Assembly: GCF_025526975.1 (NCBI RefSeq)
Contig: NW_026515675.1
Coordinates: forward strand, 372,001-436,000
Source of the DNA: Fimicolochytrium jonesii
Taxonomy: Eukaryota
Direction of reading: 5' to 3'
Length of the DNA: 64,000 bases
The notes under the pieces were generated by a model. That model searched no databases. It was given only the letters and a program-made list of their open reading frames with translations, and was not told where the DNA came from. Shown here one piece after another: positions 1-14,047 of this stretch; position 1 is the first letter of the stretch; each line of letters opens with the position of its first letter. The position numbers were made by a program, and so were the translations under genes.

Positions 1-1072
1 ATGCGCAGCAACTTCCGCTTCCTTAAACAGCACCTTGCACGAACCCTTTGAACGCCCTGCTCCATCTTTCGCGATAGTACACTCCAACACTTTGCCGTAC
101 CCGGCCAGAATCGCCTGCTAAGTTTTTGAGATGGTGCTCGTAGGGCCTCGAAAAAGGCGAACGCAACGCACCTTGACATCATCCGCGGTTGCGTTCGGGT
201 GTAAGTTCTCAATGATAACCGCGCGAGAAGCTGCGCCTTTAATGTTGATAGAGTTTCCGCGAACAGCAGCCGCTGCGTAACTACCGACGGAAGGTCCCAG
301 GCGGTCGATCATCATTCCGTTGCTGTTTCCGATGTGAACGTTACGAGCTGGGGACTGGGCGTTGCTGGGTTTTCCGTGCTGCTTTCGCCCAATGGTTTTG
401 CGCAGGTCCCCTTGCACGCCTGGTCCGATGGTTTTGCGCAGGTCAACTTGAACGCCTGGGTTGGCCGCTGCGAACAGGTCGTTCGTCCATTGTCCCTGTA
501 CTGCTCTTCCACGGCGTCCAAGACCTATCCTCTGAGTAGGGGGTCTCTGTTCGTATGGGATATAGGGTCAGTGCGGGGTTGGTAAAGCGTTGGGGTGAAA
601 ACCCGTTGGGTGAAGGGACGGTCAGACGGGTCCGCTGGCTTCTCTCGCGACAAGGACGTTGGGCGAGATATGAGAAAGACCGCGAATGCTCCGCCATCGC
701 TCGCAGAACCATTAGTCCCCTTAGAAGGTACTTGCTTCGCTCGCCGGCGCATATGCTCCAGGTCGCGCTCGCTATCGTTCGGCTTCTGGTTCCCACTTCT
801 CGAAACTTACAGAGTATGGAGTAGGTCGCTGAGTACGCTTGCTTTTCTGAATACGTCCACCTTGAACGGCAGGTGGGCGACGGCTCTGGTTCCTGTTTGT
901 AGTAATGATCTCGTCCAGAGACTGCAAGCATGGGTGTTGGAATGGTCGAAGTGTGACGGGACGGCAAAAGGGCGGAGAGAAAATTGAGAGGAACACGCAG
1001 TGGTCAGGGGGAGTGATACGTGGCAAAGCGTACGAGCGGTATAACCGGAAGTCTATCCCGTACCAGGTCCAT
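1..1072 (-). CDS. ALYREF/Yra1/POLDIP3-family RRM protein (spliced; 3' end runs off the window)
   Basis: ATG GAC CTG at 1072-1064, then a GTACGG...TGCAG intron, gives MDLSLDEII, the N-terminal motif of TREX adaptors. DLRKTIG occurs twice. The spliced RRM reads VIIENLHPNATADDVK|AILAGYGKVLECTIAKDGAGRSKGSCKVLF. Internal exon boundaries are not all resolved. Confidence 0.7.
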
Positions 1073-2434
1073 TTTGTCCATGTTTGCCAGGAATATACGG
1101 TGATCTCCGAAATGGGAGATCTCTCAGGCTTTCGGAGGCGGGGTTGGCGTGGGACTTGGCGTCGATGAGGATGAGGAATGACCGAAGGGGTGGAGCTAAG
1201 TGGACCCGCCAGAGAAGAGCTGTCCTTTCGGGCTGTTGTTTACGAGAATCAGAGAGCGGCAGTCCTGGCTACGTATATACAGTTTAAGAAGGTCTAGTCG
1301 TTGCGACTGAGCGGGTGGGAAAGGACTTCCTCGTTGTCTCGAAATTCCCAATTCGGCACAACGCACGCGACCCAGAGACCCAGCACGACCCCTTGAGGGC
1401 AAGGCTGGCAAACCCCCACCACACACCACTCTGGCAAGCACTTCCGTCCACCATACTGCATATATGTACAGTAAGCTGCCATTCAATATGCATAACACGC
1501 TGGAGGAAGTTGAGGGTCAGAGCGAGTGGGCTGCTGGCGATATTTCGATACTTCTCACTCCCGCAGGAGTTTAGTGGTTTTGTGTGCAATTATAGGACTT
1601 CAACGACACCCGGCGGACGAGTATTATTTGCCGAACGTCTGTCAGGTCGTAATATACAGTACCTTCCCGAGGTGTAAAGGTGATGCGATACATGTGCACG
1701 TAAGGGCGCATAGACATACAATCTATAGCGCCTGTCGTCCAGCTCACCTCGTACAAATATCTTTGCCCAATCGTCCTGTATCAATGTGTTGGGATATCAT
1801 CCGTCTCCCTCATCAACCCTGAAATATTGGGTCGCCAACCCCCTCCACTCCGCCTTGTTTCTGGTGCATGTATGATATGTACTGTACTTGTCCGTAATAT
1901 GTGTACATGGAGGCATGCTGTCGGCTCTCGGACTCCAGCCACTCCAAGCGAGTTTTGCAAAGCGTTCATTCGAGTCAGTGTCCATCTCCGGACACATGCC
2001 ACTGCAGTGAGAGCCAGAGCTAGTATCAATCTTCCATGAGGCATCGCGACCGTATGTACAGTACTGTACATACTGTACAGTACGTTCCCTCAACCGCTGT
2101 CTGAAGGAGTCTGAAGGTTTGCTGTCGCCCGCCCGTGCATCATTTTATCAGAAAGTGTCCGCCCAGCCGGACGCGGAAGGGCCGCGTGTGTTTCGGCCAG
2201 TTTTCGGCTTTTCAAATGAACTCTGCAGGCCAAGAAGCACTGCCAGGACCAACTCCAGTTACTCCACGGGTGTTAAATTGCGATATACGATATCGATAGG
2301 CTACTGTGCGAACAGGAAGGCGTGGGTTGGCTGATCACACGTATAGAGAGTCTTTTATCTCCTCACGCCTTACAAATCTCGGGGAAAAAGCAGGCCGGCT
2401 TTCTCCGCCCACAGAGTTTTGGAACTTCCAGTAG

Positions 2435-5307
2435 ATGATCATGGGTCGTAAGGTTATTTACAAGCTAGAGAGAGGCAACAACGCCAGGGAAGCCCGGGAC
2501 GAGTCCCCTACCGGTCCCGAAGGCGACAATCTCCCCAAAAAAACCCGGACCCTCCTCCTTAAAAGCCAGCTAGCTACGAAAAACAAGGACTACGCACAGC
2601 TTGACAAGCTTTTGGGGGAACTTGGAGACCTTTATGAGGAAGCTGAAGATCTTGGAAAAACAATTCAGACTGCGAAGAAGGAGCTGAGCAATGCCGCGTT
2701 CCTGAAGGGCCGGGAGGCTGAGATGGCGAAAACGCGGGCGTACTACCGGATGTGCACAAGTTATCGCAAACTAGACCAATTCGCGCCAGCCTTGACTTTC
2801 TGTACCAAGTACATTACATGTGCTGAAAAGCTCCGGGATGTGCAGGATCAGCTGCAGGGGCATATCGAGCTTGGACTGATTCATATCGCCCGGTTCGAAG
2901 CGAATGAGCAGCACGATGAGGCTGAACTCAATGCAGCCATGACGGCGTTCAAGTCTGCGAGCAAGCTGATATCGCACATCCCGAGGGACAGGAAAGGACC
3001 CGTCAGAGCAAACCTGAATCTGAACATCGGCATCACGCTCAACCACAGCAACCAGCCCGACCGCGCTCTGGAATTCTTTGAGAAAGCGCTCGCTCTCTAC
3101 AAAAAGGACGGAAACAAGCCGCACGAAGCCATGGCTTACTTCAACATGTCACTTGCATATCACAAAAAGAAGGATATAGAACAGTCGATACGGCATCTGT
3201 GGCTTGAACAGAGGATATGGCATGATTTGGGCAACGTTGTTGAGGAGGCCCGAGCGTTGTGGGAGGTTGCTGTGAGAAACAGGGAGGGGTTCAAGTACCT
3301 CGAGGCGATCCAGACGTTTCGATCTTATATCGGTCTTTGCCAGATCATCGATGACGCGGCGGGACGGTCGAAAGCGAGAGCAGCAATTGAGGAGACTAAT
3401 GAATGTATCGAGAAGGAGAGGCGGGTGGTTGAGCTTACAGAGACCTACAACCAAATCTGCAAAGTCGACGAAAACCAAAACATTCGCCGTAAGCTCGAAC
3501 TGTTGGACCAGCGCGGAAAGTTGCTCCTCGACCTCGGCAAACATGGCCCGGCGCTGAAAGATTTTCTCGAGGAAAAACAATTCGCTTACAAGTTGAGTCT
3601 GAACAAATCGCGTATTGGAGAGATCTTGGCGAATATCGGCACTTGTTACGCGGCCATAGACCGCCACGCTGAGGCGCTCCGCGTGTTCCGCGACGCTCTA
3701 CACGAATTCGTCGGGGCTGACGAGGACCGGCTGCATCTACTCCTCCAACTCGCCGACTCCTCCATACGCGTCAGTGAAACGTACGACGTGATTTCCCGGA
3801 CCCTCGAAGAAGCTTTGAAGTTGGCGCGAAAACTGGGAGATCTGGACGCGCAGCGAGAGGCATTGATACCTTTACGAGCGGTCGCGAGGGCTCACGGCGC
3901 GGCGGCGAGAGCCAAGGGATATGATGAGCAGTTGCTGCAGGTTGAGCAGCTGTTGGCTGCATCGAAGAGTGATACACAAGGGGATTCGGTGGAGCCCAGG
4001 TCGGATTTGACGGTGGATGATGAGGTGCTCAATCAGGCGGGCTTTGACGACGACCACATGGAGATGAGGGACGGAGAGCAGAATCCCAAACCGGCAATGG
4101 ATGAGCCGACGACTGTGTCAGCACATCAGCCATCGAGCTCCCCACCTCCGCACATTACCACCCAACCCATCCGCGACCGCACGTCCAAGTATAAAATCCA
4201 TCTGATAGATAGCGATATCGATGAGCCCCTCTCTCCGCCGCGTTTACGAGCAACCGCCAAGCGCACGGCAGAAACGACATCAGCGCCGGTTAAGGTCATC
4301 GAGCTGTTGAGTCCGTCCCCGAAACGAAGTGCGGAAGTGATGTCGCCAGTGACTGGGCAGAGTATTGCTAAGCGGAGGTGAGTTAACTTTCCTCGATATC
4401 CTCGTGCTGGCGACATATATTCGGCACATTCTGGTTAACTCACCCATCACCTTTGTAGAATGCGGGTAGAATCGTCGCCCGACCCGCCCGAGCTTCAGGA
4501 CTCGTTCGGTTATTTGAGCCTGCCTGGACCGGCGTTGCGGACCGTTGATGAGAACGGGCCGGCATTCATCAAGTCAGACTCGCAGTACGTGAAGGGATCT
4601 GTGTCTTGTCTTTTGAACTACGTGGTGGTGAATCTCCTATTCAACATTACCCATTTGCCCTTCTCGAACAGATGCGTCCTCGACATCGACGGACCGTTCA
4701 TCGACCCTTCAACAGCCAAGCCTCTGAACAACTCCACACAGTTATCCTCAGCAGTCCCATCCTCCCAACCCCGCCCTCCTCACCTTCGCCTCCCGCTAAC
4801 ACCTTCGAACCCCCAACTCACGCCTCTCAGCCGCCGACACCCAACCCCCAGCAGCACCGACGCCGGCTCTGTCGCGTCGTTCTCCACCCCGATCCACCGG
4901 TCTCGCTCCAACCCTTCGCAGTCTCAAACCAAAAGACGGAAACCACCACTGAAAATCCGCGTTGTCCTCGGCAATGCCGGAGAAGAGGAAACCCTCGCCA
5001 TCCCCTGCCCTGATGGACCTACCGGCACACCCAAGACAGTAGGGTGGGTGGTCGAGGAGGCTAGGAGGCGGTATAAGGATATCTATCATACTCAGGTATG
5101 CGGAGGGTTAGGAGAGGGGGAGAAAAGGGGTGTTAGTTGTCTCACAGATGGCGTTCATTGATGGGATTCTCTTTTTAGCCGCCGATTATGAAGATTATGA
5201 CGACGGACCCAGAAACAAACGAGGAGGAGACTTTGGGGGGTGATGATATCGTTGAGCATGTATTGGTCAATAAGCAGAAGATTCGGTGTATTAATCGCCC
5301 GGGATGA
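2435..5307 (+). CDS. Tonsoku-like (TONSL-type) protein: N-terminal TPR repeats and C-terminal ubiquitin-like domain
   Basis: The 648-aa first ORF has TPR repeats (NLNIGITL..ALEFFEKAL, NIGTCY..AEALRVF). Introns at 4378-4458 and 5096-5178, plus a probable in-frame intron near 4585-4671. The C-terminus LKIRVVLG..LAIPCP..TVGWVVEEARRRY..DDIVEHVL resembles the TONSL UBL domain. TGA at 5305-5307. Confidence 0.7.
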
Positions 5308-5863
5308 TGGGGATAGCCACGGTATGTGGTAGGTGGAGTGGATTGGAGATTGGAGTGCTGGGTGAAGGCCGATGCGCGGCGGACATACTCCTGGTTCCAT
5401 GCGGACGTTTACCCCCGAAATAGTCACAGATAGTCCACGATACCTTCGAGTGACGCTGCCGAAGACAGATAAACGCATATTCGACCCCCGCATTTGTGTA
5501 CGTACGAGACACATAGAACATCGGCTTATATTGAGGGACGGGCGATATGGACTTAAACGGGCCCTTGATGTTGCTCGTTACACACATACATACACCGCAT
5601 TCTACAAACATATGGCACGCCGCGATGAGATTACAGGCTAAAACTCCGAGTCGTGCCTGGCACACGTTTCGACATGGGTTTTGCCATGACGGTATATGTA
5701 GGTGCGCGACCTCGATCTTGCGGTCCCAACGGCATTATCCAGACGCCGACGGTACCATAGGAGAGCGAGTTTCGGGACGTGCAGACGTGTCGTATCCGCA
5801 AGATGATGGCGCTCATCAAAACAAAGATATAATGAGACTTCTGCGCCATACGATCGGGAGGGC

Positions 5864-6788
5864 TTACAAGCCCCAATCCTCCTCGTCCGAATCATCCTCC
5901 CTTCGCCGATTGTACTGGTAGTAAGGGTTTTCCGAGGATCAGTCAAAGTGAAAGAAGGAGCATCCATGTTCTCTTGAACACCGTTGTACGCACCACGATC
6001 TTAGTTTCCTTCTGATTCGCTTCGTTGATTTGTTCTAGGAGCCCGATCAGGGTTGTCTCGTTTACTTTCTGTCTGATTTGACCGCTTTGTGCCTGCATGA
6101 CCGGTGAGAGGTTCTTAGTTTTTGACCTGCACTGATTGGATCTCAGGACGGTGATGATTCGACTGATGGGCGTACCATACGAATCAAGAGGTCTTCCACC
6201 GCGCGGGCTTTGTCGCTTTTTACGATTTTGATTCGGGCCACTGGATAGGGCGAGTGAACGGTTGGTTGGTTGAGCGGTACGATTGAAAGAAGACGTTCTC
6301 ACACCGGGGCTTACGTCGTTCCCGGGCGTCGTTGTCAAGGATTTGGAAGAGCTGCGAACAGAGAGTGGTCTTAGTGACGGGATTGGTCCTCCTGGGTGCT
6401 TCAGTGAACCATGTTTCAGAACGCCATCCCTACCATGTTCCGCCGCATCTCATCCATTTGGCTACAGCACAGGGATCACCGGGAGAAGTGAGCCCACAAT
6501 CCCACACTCCACCCCTCCGCGACTCCAACAAGGACGATCACCTCTTCTTCTCCGCTTCCTCCGCAGCGTTCTGCCCTTGGCCCCCTGCGCCTGCCACCAT
6601 CCCTGCTGGTAGACCTCCAGAAGCCGATGCAGCGCCGCCCTTCGAGAGGATGGAAGAGTAAGCGATACTGTTGGTATTGGACGATGGAGTGATCTAGAGA
6701 GTGTGACAGAGAATGAGTGACCTACTTGGGCGGCCCTCATTTCGGCCATGCGCTTTGCGCGGATAGCTTGCAGTTCGTCGTCGGCCAT
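5864..6788 (-). CDS. PDCD5: Programmed cell death protein 5 (dsDNA-binding domain), multi-exon
   Basis: Spliced product MADDELQAIRAKRMAEMRAAQ...QILDNDARERLARIKIVKSDKARAVEDLLIRMAQSGQIRQKVNETTLIGLLEQIN...YNRRREDDSDEEDWGL, joined by GT-AG introns. Confidence 0.92.
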
Positions 6789-7218
6789 GGTTGTGTGGGT
6801 TTCTATTTGTGAGTTTGTTGGGTGGTTCTGAAGCAGCTGACGATGTAGCGGAAAGTCTCAGCAGTGGCCAGCAGGTGAGGCTGCTGAGGACGATGCAAGG
6901 AGTGTCAGGCAATGCAAATGCAATGCGTTCATACTGAACGCGACGACCCTTGTTCTGTTCTTCTCATGAGTCTCATGTTCTTCTCAGGCTCTCCTCCTCC
7001 TCCTCCGGCCTCCTCCCTCCTCTTCTTTCCTTCGACAGAGACGGCATCCCTTCTTCTTCGCTATTGCTCAGCTTCGGCTCGCTCGCTCCCAGGTCGACCT
7101 TTTGTTTAGGCACCGTGGCTCCCCGGCCCAGCCAAGCTTCATAGCCTGGGCGCGCTGGCCGACACGCCGTCCGGACTACCTACATAGATACAGTAGAAAT
7201 AGAAAGACGGTTATCAGC

Positions 7219-10200
7219 ATGGCTTCCGTCAAAGATAACACTCTGCTGCACCGACCGCGGCCTTATCAGCTGGAACTATACCAGCAAGCCCGTCAGCGCA
7301 ATATTGTGGCCTATCTGGACACGGGAAGTGGGAAGACGCTGGTGTCTGTGCTCCTCATTCAGGACTTTGCGACGGAGCTGGTTGAGATCTCTTCAAAAGA
7401 TATTCTCAACGACGTTTCCGTCGAACCAGAGGCGGACGGTGCTCCCGCTGAAACAGGGACTGCGGAGGAGAAAACCGACTCAGACCGTGTCGCTGAAAAC
7501 GGTGTGGTTGGAGCCAGCGGTCAAACGAACTCCACGCAGCCTTCGCCAATAGCACCTTCCCCTCTCCAAGAGATAGTCCCCGGCGTGCACTTACCGGAGC
7601 AGCCGAAGAAGGTGGTCTTTTTGGTTCCCACCGTCCCGCTTGTAGCTCAGCAAGCAGCAAAGATTAGAGAAAATACGGACTTTGTAGTTGGCGAGTACTC
7701 GCGGGAAGATATTGTGTCGGTGGCGTACTGGGACATTCGTGGATGGTACTACGAGCTCTCTCAACGGCAGGTGCTTGTGTTTACTCCCCAGATCTTCCTC
7801 AACATCTTGACGCATGGCTTCCTTAAGCTGTCGCGGGACGTGAGTCTGCTTATCATCGATGAATGTCACCACGCCGTAAAGCAGCATCCTTACAATCTTA
7901 TGATGAGAGAATTCTATCACTCGATACCATCGAACGCCGAAAGGCCGAAAGTTTTCGGGATGACAGCATCACCGATATACCAAAAAACTATCACTCGAGA
8001 TGAATCAAAATTCAGACTACAGGAACTGGAATCGAATCTCGATTGCAAAGTCGTCACAGTCACAGACAGGAGCAGCCTGGGAGACTTCATTCCTCGCGCG
8101 TCGGAAACAGTGGTGGAGTACTTGGAGTCGGCGGATCGCGACTTTACGTACGCAAATCCGGTGAATGCATTAGAGGAAGTGATGCAAAATCCGTCCCTGT
8201 CGCAGTCGACTCGGTGCTACCACTTTTGGATGGCACGGCTGACGGAGGAGATCCAGAATTCCCGAGATGACGATGCGGCGGATGCTGCCGATCGATTGGT
8301 CCGAAGCCAGGATCAGATTCGGTCGATGAAGATCGAGTTGGGACCTTGGCTCGCTGGCAAAGCTGCGCAGGAGCAAATACGTGCCTTGTCGCATAGACGG
8401 AGAGGGCAGGCAAATCCAAAGGCACCCACGAAGGCATCCCACGGTAGCGACGTCCTGGCTGCAGGGAACGAGACATCGAAATGGAGGAATGCTTGCGCCG
8501 AAATGCCATCTCTATCGGAAATCACACAAAATGATATCACGCCAAAGGTGCACACACTCCTTCGGCTTCTAGAAGAACGCGCTCAGAATGCTACCGAAGG
8601 AGCAAGCTTCCGCGCTATGATTTTCGTCGAACGGCGGCTAAGCGCCAAAGTTTTGTCAGAATTTCTGAACCTCGTGGCGACCACTCGCTTTCCAGTAGTC
8701 AAATGCGCATTCGTCACTGGCCACGGCGCAAGCAAATCCGGCAAGACGGCCGGTCGTAGCGCGATGAACGTCACATACCAAAAGCGGACATTTGATCGGT
8801 TTCGAAAAGGCGACATGAACACGTTGGTGGTAACCAGGGTGGCGGAGGAAGGGCTGGACATTCCGGCCTGTAAACTCATCATCGTGTTTGATATCTTCCG
8901 CTCGCACACGGGGTATGTGCAGTCCAGAGGCCGCGCCCGTGATCTGGACGGCTCGGAGTACCTTATCATGGTCCAGCGGAACGACATGCACGCCCTGCGG
9001 ACCGTTGCGCGGGCCAAAGTGGCGGAAGTGATGACGCAGGATATAGCCCAGGAACTGTCGGGACAGGCGTCGCAGCGGCAGATCGTAGCGGGCGAGATCA
9101 CGAAAACGGATATAGATGATAATACCACCGAGCTGCTCCTAGGGGCGTTCGAGACGCCGCTTAGGTCGAAAGCCGGGGCGATAATTTCCGCGTCGGGGGC
9201 AACGACGTTGCTTCATCGTTACTGTGCCCTGGGGAGTTTGCAGCGGAAGGAATTGGCCGCATTCTATTCGCTCGAATTTGACCACCAGACGGGCACGTAT
9301 GAGCAATGGCGGGCGTATGTCAATGATCACTTGTATGGATCGGTCAAAAGTGACAACACGACCGATGGGCCCAAGTCTCCGTACGGCTACGCATACGCCT
9401 TCCGTTTCCCTGCGTCGACACCCCTATCAAACGAGGTCGTTTATGGACCAATCCGCGGAACCAAAAAGCTGGCCCAGCAAAGTGTTGCATTGGCAGCCTG
9501 CAAGCGTCTATACGATGTCGGCGCACTGAACGAGCATTTGCTGCCCAACCTGCAATTTAAGAAGAAGCCCGGGGCCTTTTCTCTTCCAGCTCTTTTGCAA
9601 AAGTGGAGACTGAAGATGAACATAGACCCAGAGGTCAAATCCGCCATTTTGGCGACAGAGGAGGGAAGCCGAGAGATTGCTCTGGCGGACTATCCACGTG
9701 ACGTGCCTAGCGTCTTTGGTGCCGACCAGGCTTGGACAAGAATCGGGCTTGACGTTGGCAGCAGCCTACCGAGCACAACGATGGAGCCAACACCATTCTA
9801 TGTTACGATGATATCGCTGGGACCTGAAATAGACTCGGAGATCAGAAGTCAGCCTGGTGATCCACACGCAGACTTCATTCGCGAAACCCTCAGCGCGATT
9901 CCCGGATCGGACACTCGAACCCTTCCTTCCTACAGACGAAGTTTCGCAATCTTAACGACGCACCCGATACCCACGTCCGATATCCCGAAATTTGCGCTTT
10001 GGCTCGGCGGCGAACGAACCTGTCAGGTCGAGTTGCTGGCATGGGACCCTAATCAGAGACCGGGGGATGAGTCAGAATCTTCCACGGCGGGTGTAAGTGA
10101 AAATGCTATGGAAGAAGACGAGAATGAAGATGAGGAACATCACCGCGCTGTTCACCCGCCTCGCGAAACGATCGCCGCGAAGGCTGTCTTGTTCAGCCCA

Positions 10201-13001
10201 GATGAGCTGGAGTCCATCGTCAAATTCCAGAAAACTTTCTGGCATCTGGCTTCCAAGCATTCAACGCCGCTGGGCCGGCCGCTGAATAGTTCGTTGGGGA
10301 AAAGGAAGCGCGATGTGGTCGAAGCACCAATTGCGGAAGATCAAGCGAAGCAGGGTGTCGAGGAACATGCTTCCTTGCCCGTTGGAAAATCTGAAATTCT
10401 GGAGGGGGTGGCCCAGGAGACGAACGGCCCGAGCGCGACACACGGTCCCAGTATTCCAACCACACCCGTCCAACCTTTATCCGATGCTCGGACATCAGAG
10501 CCGAGAAAATATATGATTTTGCCGGTGCGAGGCATTCCGCTCCATCACGATGAACAAACCACAACCGTCAAACCCGCAGATGAGACTACGCCAGAGTGGA
10601 TGATGTCATTGGACCCGCCCCGCTGCGAGTGGGTGCTTGACTGGCCGATGATCCGGAGATTGGCGGACGAAGAATTCGGGGATCTCTATGTGTGGATGGT
10701 TTTGCTTTCAAGGATGATGGCTTTGGCTCCGAACGCGAGTGCGGGATCTACGGTGGAAAACAACGAGTTGCGAGTTGCGGCAGGGACCGAGGGATATGAT
10801 AGACTGGGGACAGTGTCAGTACAGGAACAGGGGGCCGCGTCGGTTCTAGATGACGACGATAAGGTTTGCGGACTGAAACGCAAACGAGTGGATGGAGAGG
10901 AATGGGCGATATCCAAGCGCCAGGCGGTGGAGAAGGCTTCGGCGTTCGACGTTTTGTTCACCCAACTGCAAAGCTTGGCTTCAAATTCAGTGGGAATTGA
11001 GAATGAAACATTCGATCAGCGACCGGAGATTCTCGAAAAGATCACGACCATTCTGAAAGAGCTAGTCATCCACACACCGCATAGCAACGTCAAGTATACT
11101 ATCGAAGGCATAAACCTCGACATGCACCCCACTGCCAAGTTTGATAAACAGAAGCTGGGTAACACCGTCACTTTCCTCGACTACGTCACGAAGCAAGGCT
11201 ACACAGTGCGGCACCCTGACACCAGTGGCATGATCGAAGCCCGCCATGCTCCGAACGTGCACAATTTGCTGCGACCGAGCAAGCGGATAACGCACGGGTT
11301 ACCGCCCAAGGAGACTGCGCCTTCGACTCACAAAGTGTTCTTGGTACCGGAGGCGTGCAAGGTGTTGCCGTTCCCGCGAGATATATATCGCATGGCGGAT
11401 ATCTTTCCCTCCATTCTGCACAAGCTGGACGTTTATTGCACGATTGACGAGTTTCGGAAAAACATCGGATTGCCAGTGACGAATGAGACTCTTTTAGCTG
11501 CGTTTTCGTCGCCCTCCGCGCAGGAGATGAGCAACTATGAGCGGCTTGAGACGCTCGGTGACTCGTTCCTCAAGTATGCCGTGTCCATGGACTTGTTCAA
11601 AAGGTTTGCGGATGCGGACGAAGGGTTTCTGTCTACGCGACGGTCGCGCATTGTGAGCAATCGCAATCTGTTCAAGATCGCGTTGAAGCATCGGCTTTTT
11701 GCCGTGATGAACGTTACACCCTTCAACCCACGATCGTGGGTACCCCCATGGACAGCCCAGTCGAACAACCACCGGCGGCTCAATCGGGGAGCGGATCCCA
11801 AAGACGAGGACGGGCACCCGTTCGCTAGTGCGAAAGGGCCGTGGTGGAGACAGATTAGTCAAAAAATGCTGGCTGATTTCCTCGAAGCGCTCATCGGTGC
11901 GTATTACACGGACTCGGGGAACGATGTGGCGTTGATGTTTCTGCACCGATTTGGTCTCGTTTCCGACGCGGTCATCTCGCCGACAATGCTGTGTTTTGAA
12001 GACAGGCATGTCAAGGATGGTCAGAGTGGCGTGAAGGATCTCGACGGCGACTTGAGCCCGGAGGAGGGTATCATGGAAGCTGAGACGAAAGCTTCACCGG
12101 AAGGCCGTCAACCCTCCCTGTCACAATACCGGACGGAGACCATGGACTCTCTCAAGGCCGTTGAGCAGAACTTGAAATACCGGTTTAACAACCGCAGTTT
12201 ACTGATGCAGGCGCTTACGCACGGGTCTGCCGTCGGCGCCGGTTCTTCCGGCTCGTATCAGCGATTGGAATATCTTGGAGACGCCGTCCTGGACTGGGTG
12301 CTGACGCGTTTTTTCTTCAACTCATACCCGCATCTCAGCCCGTCCGCGTTGACAGATTTGCGCCAAGCCGCAGTCAACAATGAGAGCTTTTCGCGAATGG
12401 CAGCGCTACTCGAGCTGCACAAATCTTTACGCCATGATGCCCCTGGCCTCCACGAAGAGATTGCGACGTACGTCAAATATCTCGGCAGCCTCGATAAGTC
12501 TGCTCACCCCATCGAAACGGCAATGGGCGGACCGAAGGTGCTGGGAGATCTTTTTGAAGCTGTGGCAGGAGCAGTGTTCATCGACTCTGGATGCAACCTT
12601 GAAGTCATGTGGACGGTGTTCAAGCCGTTAATGATTGACTTTTTGGAGATCCATGCCAATCCGGATGTGGTAACCAAGAGTCCGATTCGACAACTGCAAG
12701 AATTCTTCCAGAGGAGGGGCTTTGCAGTAAACGACGTCACTTACAGGTACGAGTCTCGCCTGGGGTCGACGATTGCATAGAGAACTGTTTTCTGATTTGT
12801 TCCTGTCACCACAGCTACGAGATCAAATGCCAAACTCATCATTGCGAGTTGAGAGTCTTGGACGAGCTCATTGGAGTGGCCGAGGCGAATTCGCAACAGC
12901 TTGCCAAGCGACTCGCGACGCTGAAGGGGTTGAGTTGGCTCACAGAGTCCGAAGAGAAGATCGCAGTGCTTCTCCAAACCAGTCAAGCTTTGCGGGATTA
13001 G
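7219..13001 (+). CDS. DCL: Dicer-like ribonuclease III
   Basis: Helicase motifs PRPYQ, DTGSGKT, DECHH, GMTAS, EEGLDIP and YVQSRGRAR. A DUF283-like region and a PAZ-like segment follow. RNase IIIa is ERLETLGDSFLK and RNase IIIb is QRLEYLGDAVLD. An intron at 12747-12814 completes the C-terminal dsRBD; TAG at 12999-13001. Confidence 0.95.
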
Positions 13002-13762
13002 GAGCTCTTAGGCGTCTTCGACCCACGAGAGACTATCAATGGGGTATATACAAGAGCATGAATGTACATAGACGTATTTATATGCATGGTTCGGCTTGCG
13101 AGCTTGGATTGTGTTCGCGACGAAGAGGCTTGGGCTTCAAGAGTTACTGTATCTGGATGGAGGCCGGTAAACGACCGTCTTTGACATGCAAGCTGAACTG
13201 GTTTACTGTAGCCTTGTTTGTATCCCCAGACTACCGCGGCTGTCTTTCTGTGGTGGGTTGGTCTCGGAGAACAACGCGCCTGTGGGACGTACCTAGTGAC
13301 CCAGTGACGCCAGTAACGCGTTCACGTTACTGAGAACTTGACCAGTAACGCAAATCACGTGACCTCGCATGTATCTTTGGAAGTCACGATGTACGGCACT
13401 AATGGAAAACGTAAATGCCCTCAATGGGGCATTTCTGCCATTCATGGGTACAATGGAAATGATTAGTTATGCGTGTGACCATATGCTGGGTGAGGACTAG
13501 ACTATTTGTTCGTACAGCTGAGGGTTATTGCGTTTTCGAGCGAGAAGTCCAAAGCGACATTGAAAATTGGCATAATTCTCAGCTTGGACACACTGGACGG
13601 CAACGACATGGCTGCGAACCCTACAGCAACCACAGAGGCCGCCACTGCAGCTGGTCTGGATGATGGTGACGGCCCGAGGGACGACGATAGCATAGTGGAG
13701 GACTTGGACGACGTGCAGGATGCGGAAGTTCACCAAAGCACCATTAAACTAATGCAAAAGAA

Positions 13763-14047
13763 TGTGATGTGGACTACCTTCCACACAGGTTGTATAACTG
13801 ATGTTCGTATACAATAACTACTTTGCTGTAAGGTATTGTAGATGGACTGGGTGTTCGCCAGCGCTGCTATTCGTTATGCAGTAAATGAGTTACTTCCAGT
13901 GAATAGGAACGCGCGACGAGCACTCTTAAAGTACCCATGAGGCCAGAGTCCACTGGAGAACACTCTCGGGAACATGTTTCTCTTAGACAGCGATACATGT
14001 TCCGCCGACGCGTCGTTCTCCAATTAGACTGGACAACCCACATTACA
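13763..14047 (-). repeat. 3' LTR of an old Ty3/Gypsy chromovirus (family A); polypurine tract at ~14048-14082
   Basis: Termini are TGTGATGT...ACATTACA. An adjacent poly-C run is a G-rich PPT on the minus strand. Homologous to 47624-47943 and 53844-53934. Confidence 0.8.

Noticed and set aside
2050..2085. TGTACAGTAC-type short palindromic repeats in the intergenic region
   Set aside because: Low-complexity microsatellite-like sequence with no supporting context.
7102..7218. ORF-track N-terminal extension of Dicer
   Set aside because: It starts at TTG; the first ATG at 7219 is just upstream of the helicase Q-motif.
13295..13762. CAGTAACGC repeats and an acidic ORF fragment suggesting a DNA-transposon (hAT-like) end
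   Set aside because: No transposase motif, partner TIR or TSD found in the window.
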